Of a DNA stretch of 64,000 bases, positions 11,409 to 26,848 are shown piece after piece. This stretch comes from the human T2T-CHM13v2.0 reference genome, Homo sapiens, in NCBI RefSeq assembly GCF_009914755.1, contig NC_060931.1; one strand, 5' to 3'. Both the position numbers and the translations under genes were made by a program. The first letter of the stretch is position 1; the number at the start of each line of letters is the position of its first letter. The notes beneath the pieces were generated by a model, which saw only the letters and a program-made list of their open reading frames with translations, was not told where the DNA came from and made no database searches.

Positions 11409-13089
11409 ATCTTTTTTACAAAAGTCATATAAAAAATAGGGCAATGTGACCCATTGGTTATTGCTGGCCTAGAGAGAAAAACAACAACAAAACTACCTAT
11501 TACTATTATTCAAGTTCTCATTTAATCTATCAACCCTTATATCTTTATTATGACCATGAAATCTGAAAACACAGCCACACAGATACACATGGAAGCTTTA
11601 ACTTTCCTTCCTAGAGTCCTTTGGGTCTCTGGCTGTTACCACTGCAAGCTGAATGAAGAGAACTCTGCAGCCTCAAATCCTGCATTAAAACTGCAAAACT
11701 AATGTGATTTTAAGCTTCAGTTAAATGTTAGAACAATTAAGAAAGCATGCGGAAAATGTGAGAGTGGGAATGGCTGGTTCTCCCGCTTTTCCTTCTGCGA
11801 CTCAAGTGGAAGGTAAATATTAAAGTAAATAAAGACGAGAAATGTTTCCAGCTAATTATCCGGTTTGTGTCCCAAATTGAACTGTACCTGTCTTCTCTGA
11901 GAGATAAGTGTTTTAACCCTCAAGATTTCAAAAGTATGTTTTTTACAGTGCTTCATATGCCCCTTGATTAGCAAGATTTTCTGTTTCACTAGAAGGAGAA
12001 CTTTCTTTCATTAAGAAAAAAGTGAAATAAGAGAGGGAACAAGACAGATATAAATGCAGAAAAAAGAAAATTGGATTGGCTTGGTCTCTAATGAAAGTAA
12101 GGAATGACCCCACATGGAAGCTCTTGATTCAAAGCCTATGTAATGATTCAGAGTCCAAGTGAGCCTTAGAAATGGTCTCCACTAAATGAAGGACCGAGAG
12201 AGAAACTAAACACATAGAACAATGCCAAAATCATGTCTTACTCTTCAGCCTTCTTATTTGAGAATATCCAGTTCCTGCACTTAAACAAAATACCAGTTCT
12301 TAGTAATGACAGCATGGGTTGGTGATCCTGCCAAAAGCACAGACATGTTCACCTCCTCTACCATTTATGTTCTTTTGGCCACAATTCTAACCCATGTCTT
12401 AACATCTACTGATAGCTAAGGAGAACATCTGGTCACCATCACCTAAATCATATCCCAATTTAGTCTGTTTTTAAGTTATTTATATTTTCCAGGAAAACTT
12501 GCCCCAGTTTCCCATACATCTCTTTAAAAACCCATTTTAAATAAACCCTTTAATTATCTGGATTGGTGTTCCCTGGCTACACCAAGAAGTCTTTCCATTT
12601 CTTAAGCTGTTGGAAAGAGAATTAAATATGGATTTCTATTGCACGTCTAACTATTCCAAGTTTAGTAGGAAAAGAAACTTACAATATCCATATGGTACTC
12701 TTCTTTATACTTTAGCTGTTTTCTATCCAATTTCTATAAGTCAAACACATTAAAAAAAAGCTTCGTATCTCAAGATGACACTTGTTGTTTAAACAACATT
12801 GTGACATTATAAACTTGAATTCAGCTGAGCAATCATGATATCTACTAGAAATCTACTAGAATTTCAGGATCATGGTTTAGGTGAAAAAACCATAAAGACA
12901 GAGTAAAACATGTTTTAATCTAATTTAGCCAAGTTAGAAACTTGAAAATCTATTAAATTATAATATATGTAATTAAATTGATCAGGATCACGATGCTAAT
13001 AAATGGGTGTTGGTTTGATCTAAATCTAAAATGATATGGGGCTTAATCTATTATAAGATGGAAATACCCACAAAATCTTAGCCTCAATA

Positions 13090-13245
13090 AATGGCATGGT
13101 TCACTATAATTGGGATACCATTTAAAGTACAGATGTCTGGGCCTTAACTTGCATTTACTTAATCAGAATCTCTGGTGACTGGGCCTTGTAATCTGCATTT
13201 TAACAAACACACCTGGAGATTCTTACACATACAGAGTTTAAAAAT
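13090..13245. mobile_element. MER5-like relic
   Basis: tacttaatcagaatctctgg...atctgcattttaacaaac...ctggagattctt. Confidence 0.6.
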
Positions 13246-13446
13246 TCAATCATAGAAGGAAAATGGAAAGTAATATGAGGGAAGTGGCTACTCAGAAACC
13301 TACCAAATTTATCTGAAATTGAGGCCATAATTTAGAACCAAAGGACCAACTGAAGGCTCACAGTACTAATTACAACTATTCATATATCCCTTGGTTTGCT
13401 TTTCGGTTGAAATAAAAGCTCAATCACTAAAAGAAAACATAAAGTC

Positions 13447-13655
13447 TGGACATAAAGATGACAACAATAGATACTGGGGACCACTAGAGTAGAGAGGGAA
13501 GGAGAGGGGCAAGGATTGAAAACCTGTTGGTTAACATGCTCACTATCTGGGTGATGGGATCAATCATACCCCAAACCTCAGCATCATATAATATATCCAT
13601 GAAACAAACTTGCACATATGCAGTTTGAATCTAAAATAAAAGTCAATTTTTTTTT
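13447..13655 (+). mobile_element. 5'-truncated L1 3' UTR (L1PB/old L1PA type)
   Basis: ctgggtgatgggatcaatcataccccaaacctcagcatca...gaatctaaaataaaagt; probable diverged TSD aacat(a/g)aagtc on both sides. Confidence 0.85.
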
Positions 13656-14150
13656 AAATAACATGAAGTCAAAACATTTATTGAGGTATCTTCAAGTCCC
13701 ACCCAAGTGGTAACACTGGCATAGTTAATACCTCTTCAACGTAAGATATATTTTATATCAGGCCAGAAATCTCAGGAGGTTATATTTCTACTGAAAGAAC
13801 AAGTGCCCAATGCTTACAAATATACATATTTTTTCATCTTCTCATAGGTTATTTGCTATTAACATGAATGATTAAGACAAAATACATGCCTTTCTAGTGC
13901 AGAAGTTGAAGACAGAGAAGAGCTCCCTGAGCTTTGGAAGCAGGTACGGAATCTAGGTATTTAGAGGTCTATGGGGCAGAATCATTAGGTGGTAATATTA
14001 TACACATAGCCCCAGTAGCCATCAACTCAAATATTATCACATTATCTCATAGGAATTCATCAGCACATGACTCTCCAGCCAGGATTTTTTTTCCTGTAGC
14101 TCAGGCAGATGCTCCAGGGCTCCTTTCTGCAGAACAAAAAACTCTCTAAC

Positions 14151-14288
14151 CTTACATACGCCATCTTCAAGTTCTTCTGGAGGCAAGTCGGGGTTTCTTT
14201 CCACATGGAGGTTCCAGCGATCTAGCTGTACAACTGTCCCATCTTCCACTTGACACAGGATCTTAGAAACAGGTTCATCAGTGTAGCC
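14151..14288 (-). CDS. DGKI: DGKI internal coding exon, [46 protein letters not shown]
   Basis: 138 nt; TTCCTCAG|GGC acceptor, AAG|GTTAGA donor; phase 0 to 0; LDRW motif. Confidence 0.96.
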
Positions 14289-15086
14289 CTGAGGAATCAG
14301 AGAACATATCCATTGCTGTCCAGAGTGGAGAACAGTGAAGCCAATGCTATTTTACGCAAGGAAGAGCCAAGCCGTTATATTGTTTATTTTATAATTAGCA
14401 AGGTTTGAAGAGCAAATTTTTTACCTTGAGGTACTTAGAATTTGAGACAATACTATAAGTAAGATACATAGAAACACTAGTTCTGGCTGGTTTGAGCTGA
14501 GGAATATTTTTTGTCAGCAGCAAGAACCAATAGTCACCGGTACACATTAAGGGTCATACTGGAGGCTGGATGGCTACTTTGTTATCAGAGTAAAAAACAG
14601 GACTCCCCATGGCTCTCACTGGAGGAATTTGGGGGAAACACAAAACAAATGTGTTTGGAGAGGCAGGGAAAGAATCAAGGAGGGATTGGATTGACAATGC
14701 TTATCTATTAACACTCCCTCTCAATCACCTCTCCCTGACCTCCTTGGAAGACACCATTCTTCCCGTGACCTGAAGCAAGTCTCACTGAGGAATGGCCCTG
14801 TTAGGGAGCTACTTAATCCTTGAAGATCCATTACTGACAGCACGATAGACTGTCCTCAATAGGATATGCAAGGCTCTGATTTGGAAGGGAGAAGTTAACA
14901 CTGATGATAACCTTAGTTGCCCCATGTAAATACGTTTTTTATTTCTACACTGCCTACTTTAAAAAAAGACCTGTGGAAGGTTAATTTGCCCAAAGGTCAA
15001 CTAGCATCTACTAAATATCTGAATATAATTTTCACAGAGCCCAGCCCATGTAATGCTCTCATATGAGCAGATAAAAAGTTGGTGGG

Positions 15087-15545
<459 letters not shown>

Positions 15546-16038
15546 TCATTGTGGAAAGGACAGGTAAGTACCTATACAGCCAAAGCTCTGATGACACTAA
15601 TCAAAACAAAACAAAATAAAATGCTAAAAAAAAAAAGTCATAACTCTCCCAAGTAAGGTGTGTAAAGTTGAACCAGATGTGCTATCCTAGCTGGGGCTGA
15701 GAGTCTGGATTAACTGAAGTCTGTATGATCCTTTTGCACGCAGACTTGAGGCCAAACTCACCCACTGTCTTTTAGTGGATACCTCAAAAAGCCGCAGGCC
15801 TGTGTACTAACCACTATATTTCTCTCATACCAAGCTTTCCTTTCCCTTCTAGCTGATTTTAAGTTTAAACTGAAGAAGCTACCAGATCAAATAAGGGCTC
15901 AAGGGCACTTTGATTCTCAACTCTAACTTATGCCTGGGACAGCAGCAGCAGTACCCCCCTCTTCCATTAGAACATCAGTGGATCTGGAATCCGGTTTGTT
16001 GTTTGATGATATGGGCAGTCCCCGAGAGCAGTTCTTAC

Positions 16039-16152
16039 CCCTCCCCAGTTGAGAGTTCGAGCCAGGTCATTCCCAGTCCCCAGAGGAAGGACCCCCACAG
16101 GAGGCTGAGGGCTCAGCTGCAGTTCATCCAGGATGGAAAGGATCCAGCCCAC
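16039..16152 (-). CDS. DGKI: DGKI internal coding exon, [38 protein letters not shown] (catalytic domain)
   Basis: 114 nt; CCTGTAG|GTG acceptor, GGG|GTAAGA donor; [10 protein letters not shown] catalytic motif. Confidence 0.97.
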
Positions 16153-16479
16153 CTACAGGCGTATCGGGGGCCAGAAGAGATATAAGAAAGATAAATAAGT
16201 TACAAAGAAAACAGTTTGAGAAACAGAGGCTTCCAAGAGCTAAACAGAATGGTTTTATTTTTCTTTAAAACATGTATGTTTTCATTCAGTGAGTAGGGAA
16301 CAGAAAGGTCGCTTATCACAGGCAGTTACAAAATGGTTAAAGGAAAAAGGACCATTTTGCACATGTTCTATCACACAAGCAAAACTAAACCCATTCATGC
16401 GTGCGTTTAACTAGAAACACCCTTGTAAATTTCTCAGAGTTTAAGACTTTGGTAGTATAACAGGGCATAGGAGGGAATA

Positions 16480-16690
16480 TAAAACTCAGAATAAGACTGA
16501 ATTTCAATTCTGACTCATGCTGGCTGCATAACCTTGACTAAATTATTTAACCTCACTGAGACTCATTTACTTGATTTTCAAAATGGGGATAATAATACGT
16601 ACCTCACACGATTGTTTACTAATTAAACTAAAATGTACATAAAGCACTTAACATGGTACATGGCCCATATAAGTACTTATTAAATGGTTG
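16480..16690. mobile_element. MIR relic
   Basis: accttgactaaattatttaacctcactgag...aaaatggggataataatacgtacctcac core. Confidence 0.75.
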
Positions 16691-17365
16691 CCCTCTATAG
16701 TATCATCTTGGAAATTGATAGTGTTTTCCTGAATATCCCTCTATTTTCCTTAATGAAACATTATGAAAACATAATTATGGACAGACCTAGTACCTATTAT
16801 AAGTTTAGGCAGGAAATTGATACTTATATACTAGAATCATATCCCTGTTTAATCTTTTTCTAAGATAAATAATACTTTGGGTTTAGTCTTATAACTAATT
16901 AGAAAAATTGACCAAAATTTGAAATGGCAAAAAGGAGTTTGAATGTCCTTATAATGTCATACTAAAATAGTGTTTCGCAGGCCTAAGAATTGTGTAACTG
17001 TAGGTTAACATAGATTTCTGTCCTATAGAGACACAAATGTCAAGAAGAGATGATTGCTTTAAAGTTTATAGTTTTATTCTCTCATAGGACGTTGATCAGT
17101 TTTGCATCAAATTTAGAAAAATTATTTTGATACGAAGTACATAATTCTTTTTCTCTAGTTCTGATAAATCAGCTTTACTATCTTGCAGGCTCCCTCATTA
17201 AAGAGCTAAGCAAATTTTTTGACATGTATTCATTCTATATTTGTACGAGTCATGTTTCTCAAAAATACTAGATCATTTGTTTATTGAACACTACTTCATA
17301 TAAAACCCAGAACTAAGCAATCAAAATAAAGAGATAAATGAGCTAGGCTGTGACAGATAAGGTAG

Positions 17366-17717
<352 letters not shown>

Positions 17718-19631
17718 CATACCGATGCCTTTCTATGTGCCATGCCTGAGCAAAGTCCTTTAATGAATTATTGTATTAAACTTTAAAACATTATCTGTAA
17801 GACAGATATTAATGTAATTTTCATTTCCATCTTATAGATAAGGAAACAGAGAATTGGAAAGGTAAGTGACCTCCTTAGTATCACACAGTTTACACGATAT
17901 AGATGGCATTCAAAAATAGGAATGCCTAATGCCAGTGGCCAACCCCTTAACTGCTAAGGTATAGGGAACCCTTAAATAAAGAACTCAACCCCCTTCTGGA
18001 TATGGCCAGACCCTCCTGGAAGCAGTGGCATGTGATTTTTGGAACCTGTGGAGATGAAGAAACCTTAAACATTGCTTAATCAAATTCAGTGAACTTGCAG
18101 ATTGATAAACTGAGGTGCAAAAAAACCATGGAATTTTCTCAAGACCAAATGATTAGAAGTGTCAGAGTCATGGTAACGTTGGTTCTCCTGACTTCCAACT
18201 AAAATTCTTTCTCCTCCACAAAGGTGACTTACCAGGATGTAAAACTTGCTCGTCTACCAATTATGTCTAAAATTGTGTTCATCTTCTAAAAAGGCAGACC
18301 ACATGGTTCACCCAATGTGGTAACTAAAAATCCAGACCTATAAATGTCAAAAAGTCTGTCCACTTCCCTAAACTGGGGAACTTACTCCCAGACAGATCCT
18401 TAGATTCTGACCCAGAGCTTCTTTAGTCTCTTCTTTTACGTGCAATACCAACAAAGCTGGCTACTGAAGTCCAAATAAAAATGCCTGATGCTAAATTAGT
18501 TCTGATGTTTGTGCTTGACATTGTTTCTGCACTGCTAAAAGCACAGATTAAACACAGTAAAAGTAGATAGTTCTAATAAACTGCAAGAAGGGGTCTTAAA
18601 GGCCATAAAAAGGACATAAATACTCAGAAAAAGCCCACCCATCTGGGATCACCAACTGCAGAAACAACAGCCCTGAATAGAGCCAGACTCACAGACCCAC
18701 CAGAGAACTCAGTAGAAATCTAATTCACCACCCCTTCCAAAGAAGGAAGAAGGCATTCTCCTTAAAACTTCTCTAAGAGACAATCATTCAACCTCTCCTT
18801 TATGATTTGTGCTCCCAAGTCAGCCCGTTTTCTTTCAGGCAGATTTAAATTAGACATTTTTCTTATGCTCACTTGAAATATGTCTCTCTTTTCTGGGTAA
18901 AGAAAATGCTATGAGTTTACACTTTCAATATCCCATTTCACTCAGACACAACAATGATAGAAAAGAAAAAAAGAAAGAAAAAAAAAAAAGACGCAGCTTC
19001 AATGGGCCAGAAAAAAAATACAAAGTGGCAGAGCTGGGGTAAAGGCTTGGATCAGCTTGGCTCCTGGTCTTGCAAATAGCAGAGGAAGCTGGGATTTTGG
19101 CTTGCCTGATAATGGAGAAATAAAAGTGTGTGCCCTACTGACAGCAAGCTGTCCTGGAGCACGGCTCTTTCATAGCAGGGAGGAAGAGAGGAGGAAGGAA
19201 TGTGAAAACCAGTCTGAGGTCATGGCCCACAGAAAGGTGGGACGTACTATGGCTGAAAGAAGCCCAGAAAGCCTCACTCTGGTAAGTGCTCAACCCGACT
19301 TCCCAAAAGCCCAGTGACATACCCCTGCCATCTCCCCAGGGTGGAGCCATAGGAATCTATAGAAAAACCCAGCTCTCATCTGAAAGTCCTGAAAACAATT
19401 CAATATTACTAGAAACCAAAGGGATTCAGAGATAGAAAAGTAAAAATTAAATAAAACAACTTCCTGTGAAGATGAGCTTGCAAAGAAGAAACAATTCCAC
19501 AGTGCAGGAGGAATGCTAATACTAAAACAGATGGAACGTTAGGGGGTTAATTCACTGCCCATGGAACACAAACAATTTCCAAATGACTCTGAAGTACGTG
19601 ACGTATCCCACAACTTCTATGAATCGATGCT

Positions 19632-19930
19632 GTGTTGTTGTTTTTTTTGTCTTTTTTGAGACAGAGTTTCACTCTGTTGTCCAGTCTGGAGTGGTGCAAT
19701 CTCAGCTCACTGAAGCGTCTACCTCGTGGGCTCAAGCGATTCTCCAGCCTCCGCCACGCGAGCAGCTGGGACCACAGGTGCAAGTCACCACACCAGGCTA
19801 ATTTTTGCATTTTTTGTAGAGATGGGGGCGGCTTTTGCCGTATTGCCCAGGCTGCCCCCAAACTCCTGAGCTCAAAGTGATCCGCCCGCCAAAGTGCTGG
19901 GATTACAGGCATGAGCCACTGCATCCAGCT
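19632..19930 (-). mobile_element. Alu (old, AluJ-like)
   Basis: Diverged dimer with gggctcaagcgat and cctgagctcaa; TSD gatgctg. Confidence 0.9.
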
Positions 19931-20519
19931 GATGCTGCGTCTTCTAACAGCCCTCATTCAAATCTTCTAGGCTGTGTTCCTAATTGTTTTCTCAGAGAAG
20001 GTTGTCAGGAGTTCTCGTGATACTGAGCTACGATTCCTCACAAAGGCAGAGCCCACAGGGTGCCTGGATTTCTCACCATCTCTTCTCCTTTTACCCTTGG
20101 TCTATGCAGAAAAGGACAAGTACACAGTGTGTGAATGTAAAGGTGCTTCGCCTCTCATCAATCAATTTGCTTTATGAACCGGATAAATAGATTCTTTCTC
20201 CTTTTTTCTGTAGCCAAATGATCAAATATGTCATTGTCTCCTGAATATAAGCAGAAAATCTTGCATTTCATCATTCCATCACCCTTGGAGTCATCAAAGG
20301 CCTCCTGCCTTTCACAGCACAGATTTTGTTTTGTCTTGAAATTCTCCCACAGACAACCAATATTAGGCTAATAGTTCTCTGGCTGAGGTGGGTCTATATC
20401 GCCCCTCCACAGCTCCTGAATAGTTTTTTTCAGCCAGCAGCTCTATCAGCATTCCCCAACAGCCAGCATTCCCGGAAGACAGCACAGCGCAGAAGTGTGG
20501 GGCACCGAGCTGAGCGGCA

Positions 20520-20712
20520 GGGAGCTCAGCTCCACCACAAATTGGCTGGGTGAGTTTAGGCAAGTCATTTAATCTCTCTAAGCTCCCCTCACATCTGTAC
20601 AGCAAGAGTAATAATAATGCCTGACTTTTAGAGTTGTTTCATCAACTCATGTGTAGACATTGCTTAGCTAGTGCCTGACAAACAGGAAATGCTAAACTAA
20701 CATTAGCTACTA
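20520..20712. mobile_element. MIR relic
   Basis: gtgagtttaggcaagtcatttaatctctct...ataataatgcct...gtgcctgaca...cattagct. Confidence 0.75.
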
Positions 20713-22507
20713 TGACTCAGCTAGATTTTGCTACCTCTTTCCAACCTTCCTCAATAAAGGCCCAGTTTCCTAGAAGAAAAATGCCCTCTTCCCATTTCTC
20801 CACTTAAAGTTGAGCCCTGAGTTTGCAAATCAGCCCCACCTTCAGCTGCCATCAAATCAGAAAGCGTTTCTTTTGCAGACTGTAAAGAACAGTAAAAGCA
20901 GAGGTTCCCTGCAGTAAAAAAGGGGCTATAAAAAACAAAATGGAAACAAATACACACTTACAATAGCAGGAGACATTAAAAATCTTGGGAAACAATCTGT
21001 GTCTTTGTCCTTAGAGAAAAACTTTACAAAAGATCTTAAAGCTGTTACTGGAAGCTCTGTCTTTACAGTAATCCGGAACCCGTTTCCACCTGAAGTCCAG
21101 ACTGCACATTGAAAGGTTCTATGGGCAGGAACTCTGCCACGGCTTTCGTATTTTCCCAAATCATCTCCACCAGCTCACCTAGCACCCTTTCAATTAAATT
21201 ATTTAATTAACTGCAACTTATTGCACTTGGTATATTTTCCACCAGAACTGAAGAAAGTTATCCTGATTGGGCCTAATGATTTTCCAGCTTGCAAAGTTCT
21301 TTCCTTCCTTCCTAGGAAAAGCAGGGCTGACAGATTGAGAACACCAGGTCCTCCGCTTTGTCCCTGAGCAGCCATGCACAGCAGCAGCTGGTCAATGCTG
21401 CCACCATCTGTCCGTTTTTAGCATTAGTTGTCACTGAATGTTTACCAAGTGCATTTTGAGCAATATTTTCATTCTGCAGTATACTAACATAAGGGGTGGC
21501 TGAAGGGTGGAGATGACAGCAAACTGATATTTTCTTCCAAGAGAACAGATGCACGTTGCGCTGCCTTGTAGTACATGCAGGCCAAAAAGCGAAGGACACT
21601 CACGTTTGGAAATCAAAGGAAAACAAGAGTTTTGCTGAGCTCTGAAAGAAAATGACCACACAGTATTGGATGACTGGGGGACCCTTTTGAATATGTGCAC
21701 AATAATTCTTCCTTTTGATATTTTAATGTATGTTTGCACTTAATAAAGCCAACATGTGTTAAAAGAAATGTGCTTAAAATTAGCCCAAAAGAAATCAAGA
21801 TAAAAATCAGAATATGACCTTTTCTTGAAACAATATAGAATCCACACTGAAGGTACACTGTGTGCTTACTCAGTGAGAGAGGATGAAATATAACTAGGCT
21901 GAGGATGAATGAGGAAAGGGGCTTAGGATGAGGGATTGTCCCTATCAATTAAAGGAAAATAATACTTCCTTCTTTGCATTGGCTGTGGTGAGTCAGGGCA
22001 TGGGGATGTCTACCATTTGGGATGCTTTTTCATCTAGAAAAGCCAATAGAACAAGAAATAAGCATGAAGTGGATGGCTGGAGTCAATTTAATGTCAGGCC
22101 TTTTGGAAATAATTAAAATGGTTAAAGGTGGACTTGCAGATCCAGCCAAGTTCACCAAAGTCAGGAGCCAGATAGATAGGGACCATGGGTCACACACCTT
22201 AAGGAACCATAATGAGAGTACGTGAGCCTCAGGAGATCAGTTCATGTGCTCGTCAATATTTCAGCAGGGTGACAGCCATTAGGAGTTGAATAGGTGTCAA
22301 CGTGGCCAAGGAAGTGAGAAAATACAAATTTATCACATGACCAAAGACAGGCTATTTCTCATTTATAAACATGAAGGTTTGAGATCATTCTTGAGTGAGC
22401 TGAATTTATTGCAGCCAAGAGATCTGAAAATGGGATCAGACCATCTGACAGCTGTAACTATGTGACAGCCTCTGAACTGTGCAAGCCAGTAACAAAGAGA
22501 CTACACC

Positions 22508-22808
22508 TGCACTGTCCAACGCAGCAGCCATTGGCCACATGTGGTGATCCAGCACTCGAATATAGCTAATCCAAATTGGATGTGCTGTAAGTATAAAATA
22601 TATGCTAGATTTTGAAGACTGTACAAATAGAACATAAAATATCTTAACAATGTTTATAAATTAACACATATTGAAATGATACTATTTTAGATAAATAAAA
22701 TATATTATAAACTAATTTCACCTGCTTTTTACCTTTTTAAAAGTACCTTCTAGAAAATTCAAAATTGTACAAATGTGGCTTGCATTAAAGTTCCCTTGAA
22801 CAATAGCC
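22508..22808. mobile_element. MER33-like hAT-Charlie MITE
   Basis: gcactgtccaa...gccacatgtgg...gatgtgctgtaagtataaaat...aatttcacctgct...atgtggcttgcatt...gaacaatagc. Confidence 0.7.
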
Positions 22809-22821
22809 TATATTATTATAA

Positions 22822-23322
<501 letters not shown>

Positions 23323-24664
23323 TAGCTAATATTGAAGCCTAAGAACTTTTTTCCAAAGTAATGCAAACTTTCTATACCTTAAATAATACTTTCTATACCT
23401 TAAATAATACTCTTAATTTAAACTAATACGGTTATGGGGTAATATAGCCTCATCCCAGTCAGTGAAAAATATTCAATTTCTGATTTCTCCCTAAGCTTTG
23501 TCACTTTACTGGCAGCATTCTGCCAGCTTCTACAGTGACAGATGTGCTCACTAACGAAAGGCTGAATACCTTGTGTCAAATATATACCTGAATTCAGAAT
23601 TATACTCCACTTGCCTAAAGCCAGCAGTTTTCTTCATGAATTCCTCAGGCTGTTTCCTCTATATAAACTCTGCCTCCGCCCACAATTAAAAGTTTCATTT
23701 TCTAAACTAACAAAACAAAAAAAATCAATCACATACCATGACAAACATTTCATATACCCCATGTTTTTCACAAAACATCTTATCCTAACAAGGTAAATTA
23801 AATAAAACTTGGGTTTACATAAGGTACAAGATAAGCAAAGTTTTGATTCTAAGTATTTTAACTACAGATGTTACCACTGACAAAAATAATTAGTTTAAAT
23901 GTGCCAACTCTAGGGTAAACGTACTACTTTTATTTTAGGCATGCTGAATGCAAGTGGCCATGGGGCACCCAAGTGTAAATGACTAGTACATTTGTGAATT
24001 ACATCAGAGGAGGTAAAAACAGATGTTAAAATATAGATAATGTCCCTAAGAGGAAAAGGTACCTACCACATTAAAAAAATTAGTTACCCTTATGGAATAC
24101 TCATAGTTATGCTATCATTAATGAAGAGTTGCTTGAAAAGACTGGATATGAAAAATAGGAGAAGTAGGTAGTCTACATGTCAGGAGGCTGACAATGGCAT
24201 CAGAGAGATCACAGACATTCGAAACTGTAATCGGATCTGGCCATTAGGAATTTATTAAGATTGTACCAACTTTCACTTACTCATCATTCTGGGTTTTGCC
24301 CCACATACTCTATTGAAACTGCTTTCTTGAAATTCCATATTCAATGGTAACTTTTCAGTCTCTCCTTAAAAATGTAACTACTGCCTCTTTCTTGAAACTC
24401 CTTTTTTGGTTTGTTTACTTGACAGAACAGACTGGTGGCTGTCCTATTCTTCTATTTTTTCATTTATTTTCCTTTTGGACTTTGGCTCCGGACCCATAAT
24501 TATACATTTCACAAGTGTGTGGACTTGGCTCTCTTTCCTCTTTATCTTTTATTCATTGGAATCCCATACTTTCAAATATTCATCTAATTGCAGAGAATAT
24601 CTCAATACTACATGACCTAGCACAGTGCTTCCTCCACATATCTGCTGAGTAAAGAAGGAAAACG

Positions 24665-25110
<446 letters not shown>

Positions 25111-26064
25111 TTATGCATAGCTTATGTGGATTTGAGTTAAGAAAGAGGAAGGACGACATCCTCAACTTATCTGTTTTTGTCACTGAGGTTTAGAAAAGGA
25201 GAAAAGATGTGAGTGAGATGCTGAAGTCATATGAGAAGGCAAGTAGATGCTAAAATAAGGAAGATAACTATGGGTATGGTAAAGAGTCACAGTGAGTTTA
25301 CCCTTTCATTAAAGATAACTAAGCTGGGGGATGCTTGAGTTAGGAAGAACACAGTATATCCATCCTCAGAGGGTTCATTTGGATGTAATTCTTACTAAAG
25401 AAAGTTGGGAAATTTTGCCCTACCATATCCCTTAAATTGATCTCCCTAGAACACTAAAATCAATTGAAATTGGTATTGTGTGGGGGAAAAAAATTCCATG
25501 GCCAAATAATTTTGAAAAACGTTGGGTTTAAAAAAGTTAAATAGGTTTGGCTTCTTTGCTGTAAGACATTATAATGAATTTTATAAACTAATAATGTGTA
25601 ATATGAACCTTGAAGAAAGATAAAGACTATTTTTCCCAACTGAACATTGTTTTTACTCTCCACACAGTATCTGAGAGACCAATAAAAATCACAGTTCTAT
25701 TTCATTCTCATTGCATTTATTGGTATATAATGTGTATCCAACCCTACATTAAGTGCTTATGTGCTAAGAGAGATAGTATTCGAAGATTTTGTTGCTACCT
25801 TTGAGAATAAAACATTCTAATTAGGGAAATTAGAGAAAAGCTAAAGATAGTTCATAATACATTCGTAGATCCTATGAGATCAGATTCCAAATCCGGAAGA
25901 AAAAGAACCAGACAACACAATCTAAATGTCATGATTCTCAATTCTTTACTTTGTTAAATATATCACCATAAGTAGAGGCCAAATGGAGAAAACCGATGAG
26001 GCATAATAAACAGGAGAAAATATATCCATGATATTAACCTTCAGCCCAATTCCACCTTTTTTTC

Positions 26065-26320
26065 ATAAATGAATACAAACATACAGTCAGAAGGAATAAG
26101 TTCTAATGTTCAATGGCAGAGTAGGGTGAGTACAGTTAGCAACAATGTATTATATATTTCAAAGTAGCTAGAAAAGAGAACTTGAAATGTTCCCAACACA
26201 TAGAAATGATAGCCTAGGTAATGGATACCTCCAAACCTTGACTTGATCATTATACATTCTATGCATATAACAAAATATCACACATACCCCATATACAGGT
26301 AAAGTATGTCAACAAAAAAG
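26065..26320 (+). mobile_element. L1MA-type 3' UTR fragment
   Basis: aggaataagttctaatgttc...aaatgttcccaacacatagaaatgat...ttgatcattatacatt. Confidence 0.8.
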
Positions 26321-26787
26321 AACATAAATAGGACCAATTAATAATCTTTAAGGCAAAACAACACTCAATATTCTGAGTTTTATTCCCACTAGTAAAAAAA
26401 AAAACATAATAATTCAATTGTGTCCACGTATTTCTCCCTACTGTGGCCAAATTATTAAGAATAAATGGAAACAGTTCAGCTTATATTTTAAAAGGAATTT
26501 ATCTATCTATAATCTTCATTTTAAGGATTTGACCACATCCCTACTTCATGGCACACAAAAGAATACAGCATAGTTGAAGGAGTGAAGCACACATTAGAAG
26601 GATCAAGTATGTATTCATAAGGACAATAACAAAGTCCCTTGTTACTCTTAGGGGCTATGATTCACATGAGAGATATACATGTGTTAGGGGATTAGAAAGA
26701 CTGAGCAACGAATAAAAAGAAGTGCCACAAGAAAACAATAAGAAAGATAGAATTGGCAGAGAACTGGATTCTCTCTCAGGGACCTAC

Positions 26788-26848
26788 CGTTCCATCCCCA
26801 CCACAGGCCAGAATTCGCAGATTTGGTACTTTCCTATACAATTCAAGC
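26788..26848 (-). CDS. DGKI: DGKI internal coding exon, (A)[20 protein letters not shown] (ATP-binding GGDGT motif)
   Basis: 61 nt; TCTACAG|G acceptor, ACG|GTAGGT donor; phase 2 to 0. Confidence 0.97.

Noticed and set aside
15561-15570. Consensus plus-strand donors (CAG|GTAAGT here; similar near 9318, 17860, 19281, 52629) suggesting an antisense transcript
   Set aside because: No consistent acceptors, promoter or exon chain; frequency compatible with chance.
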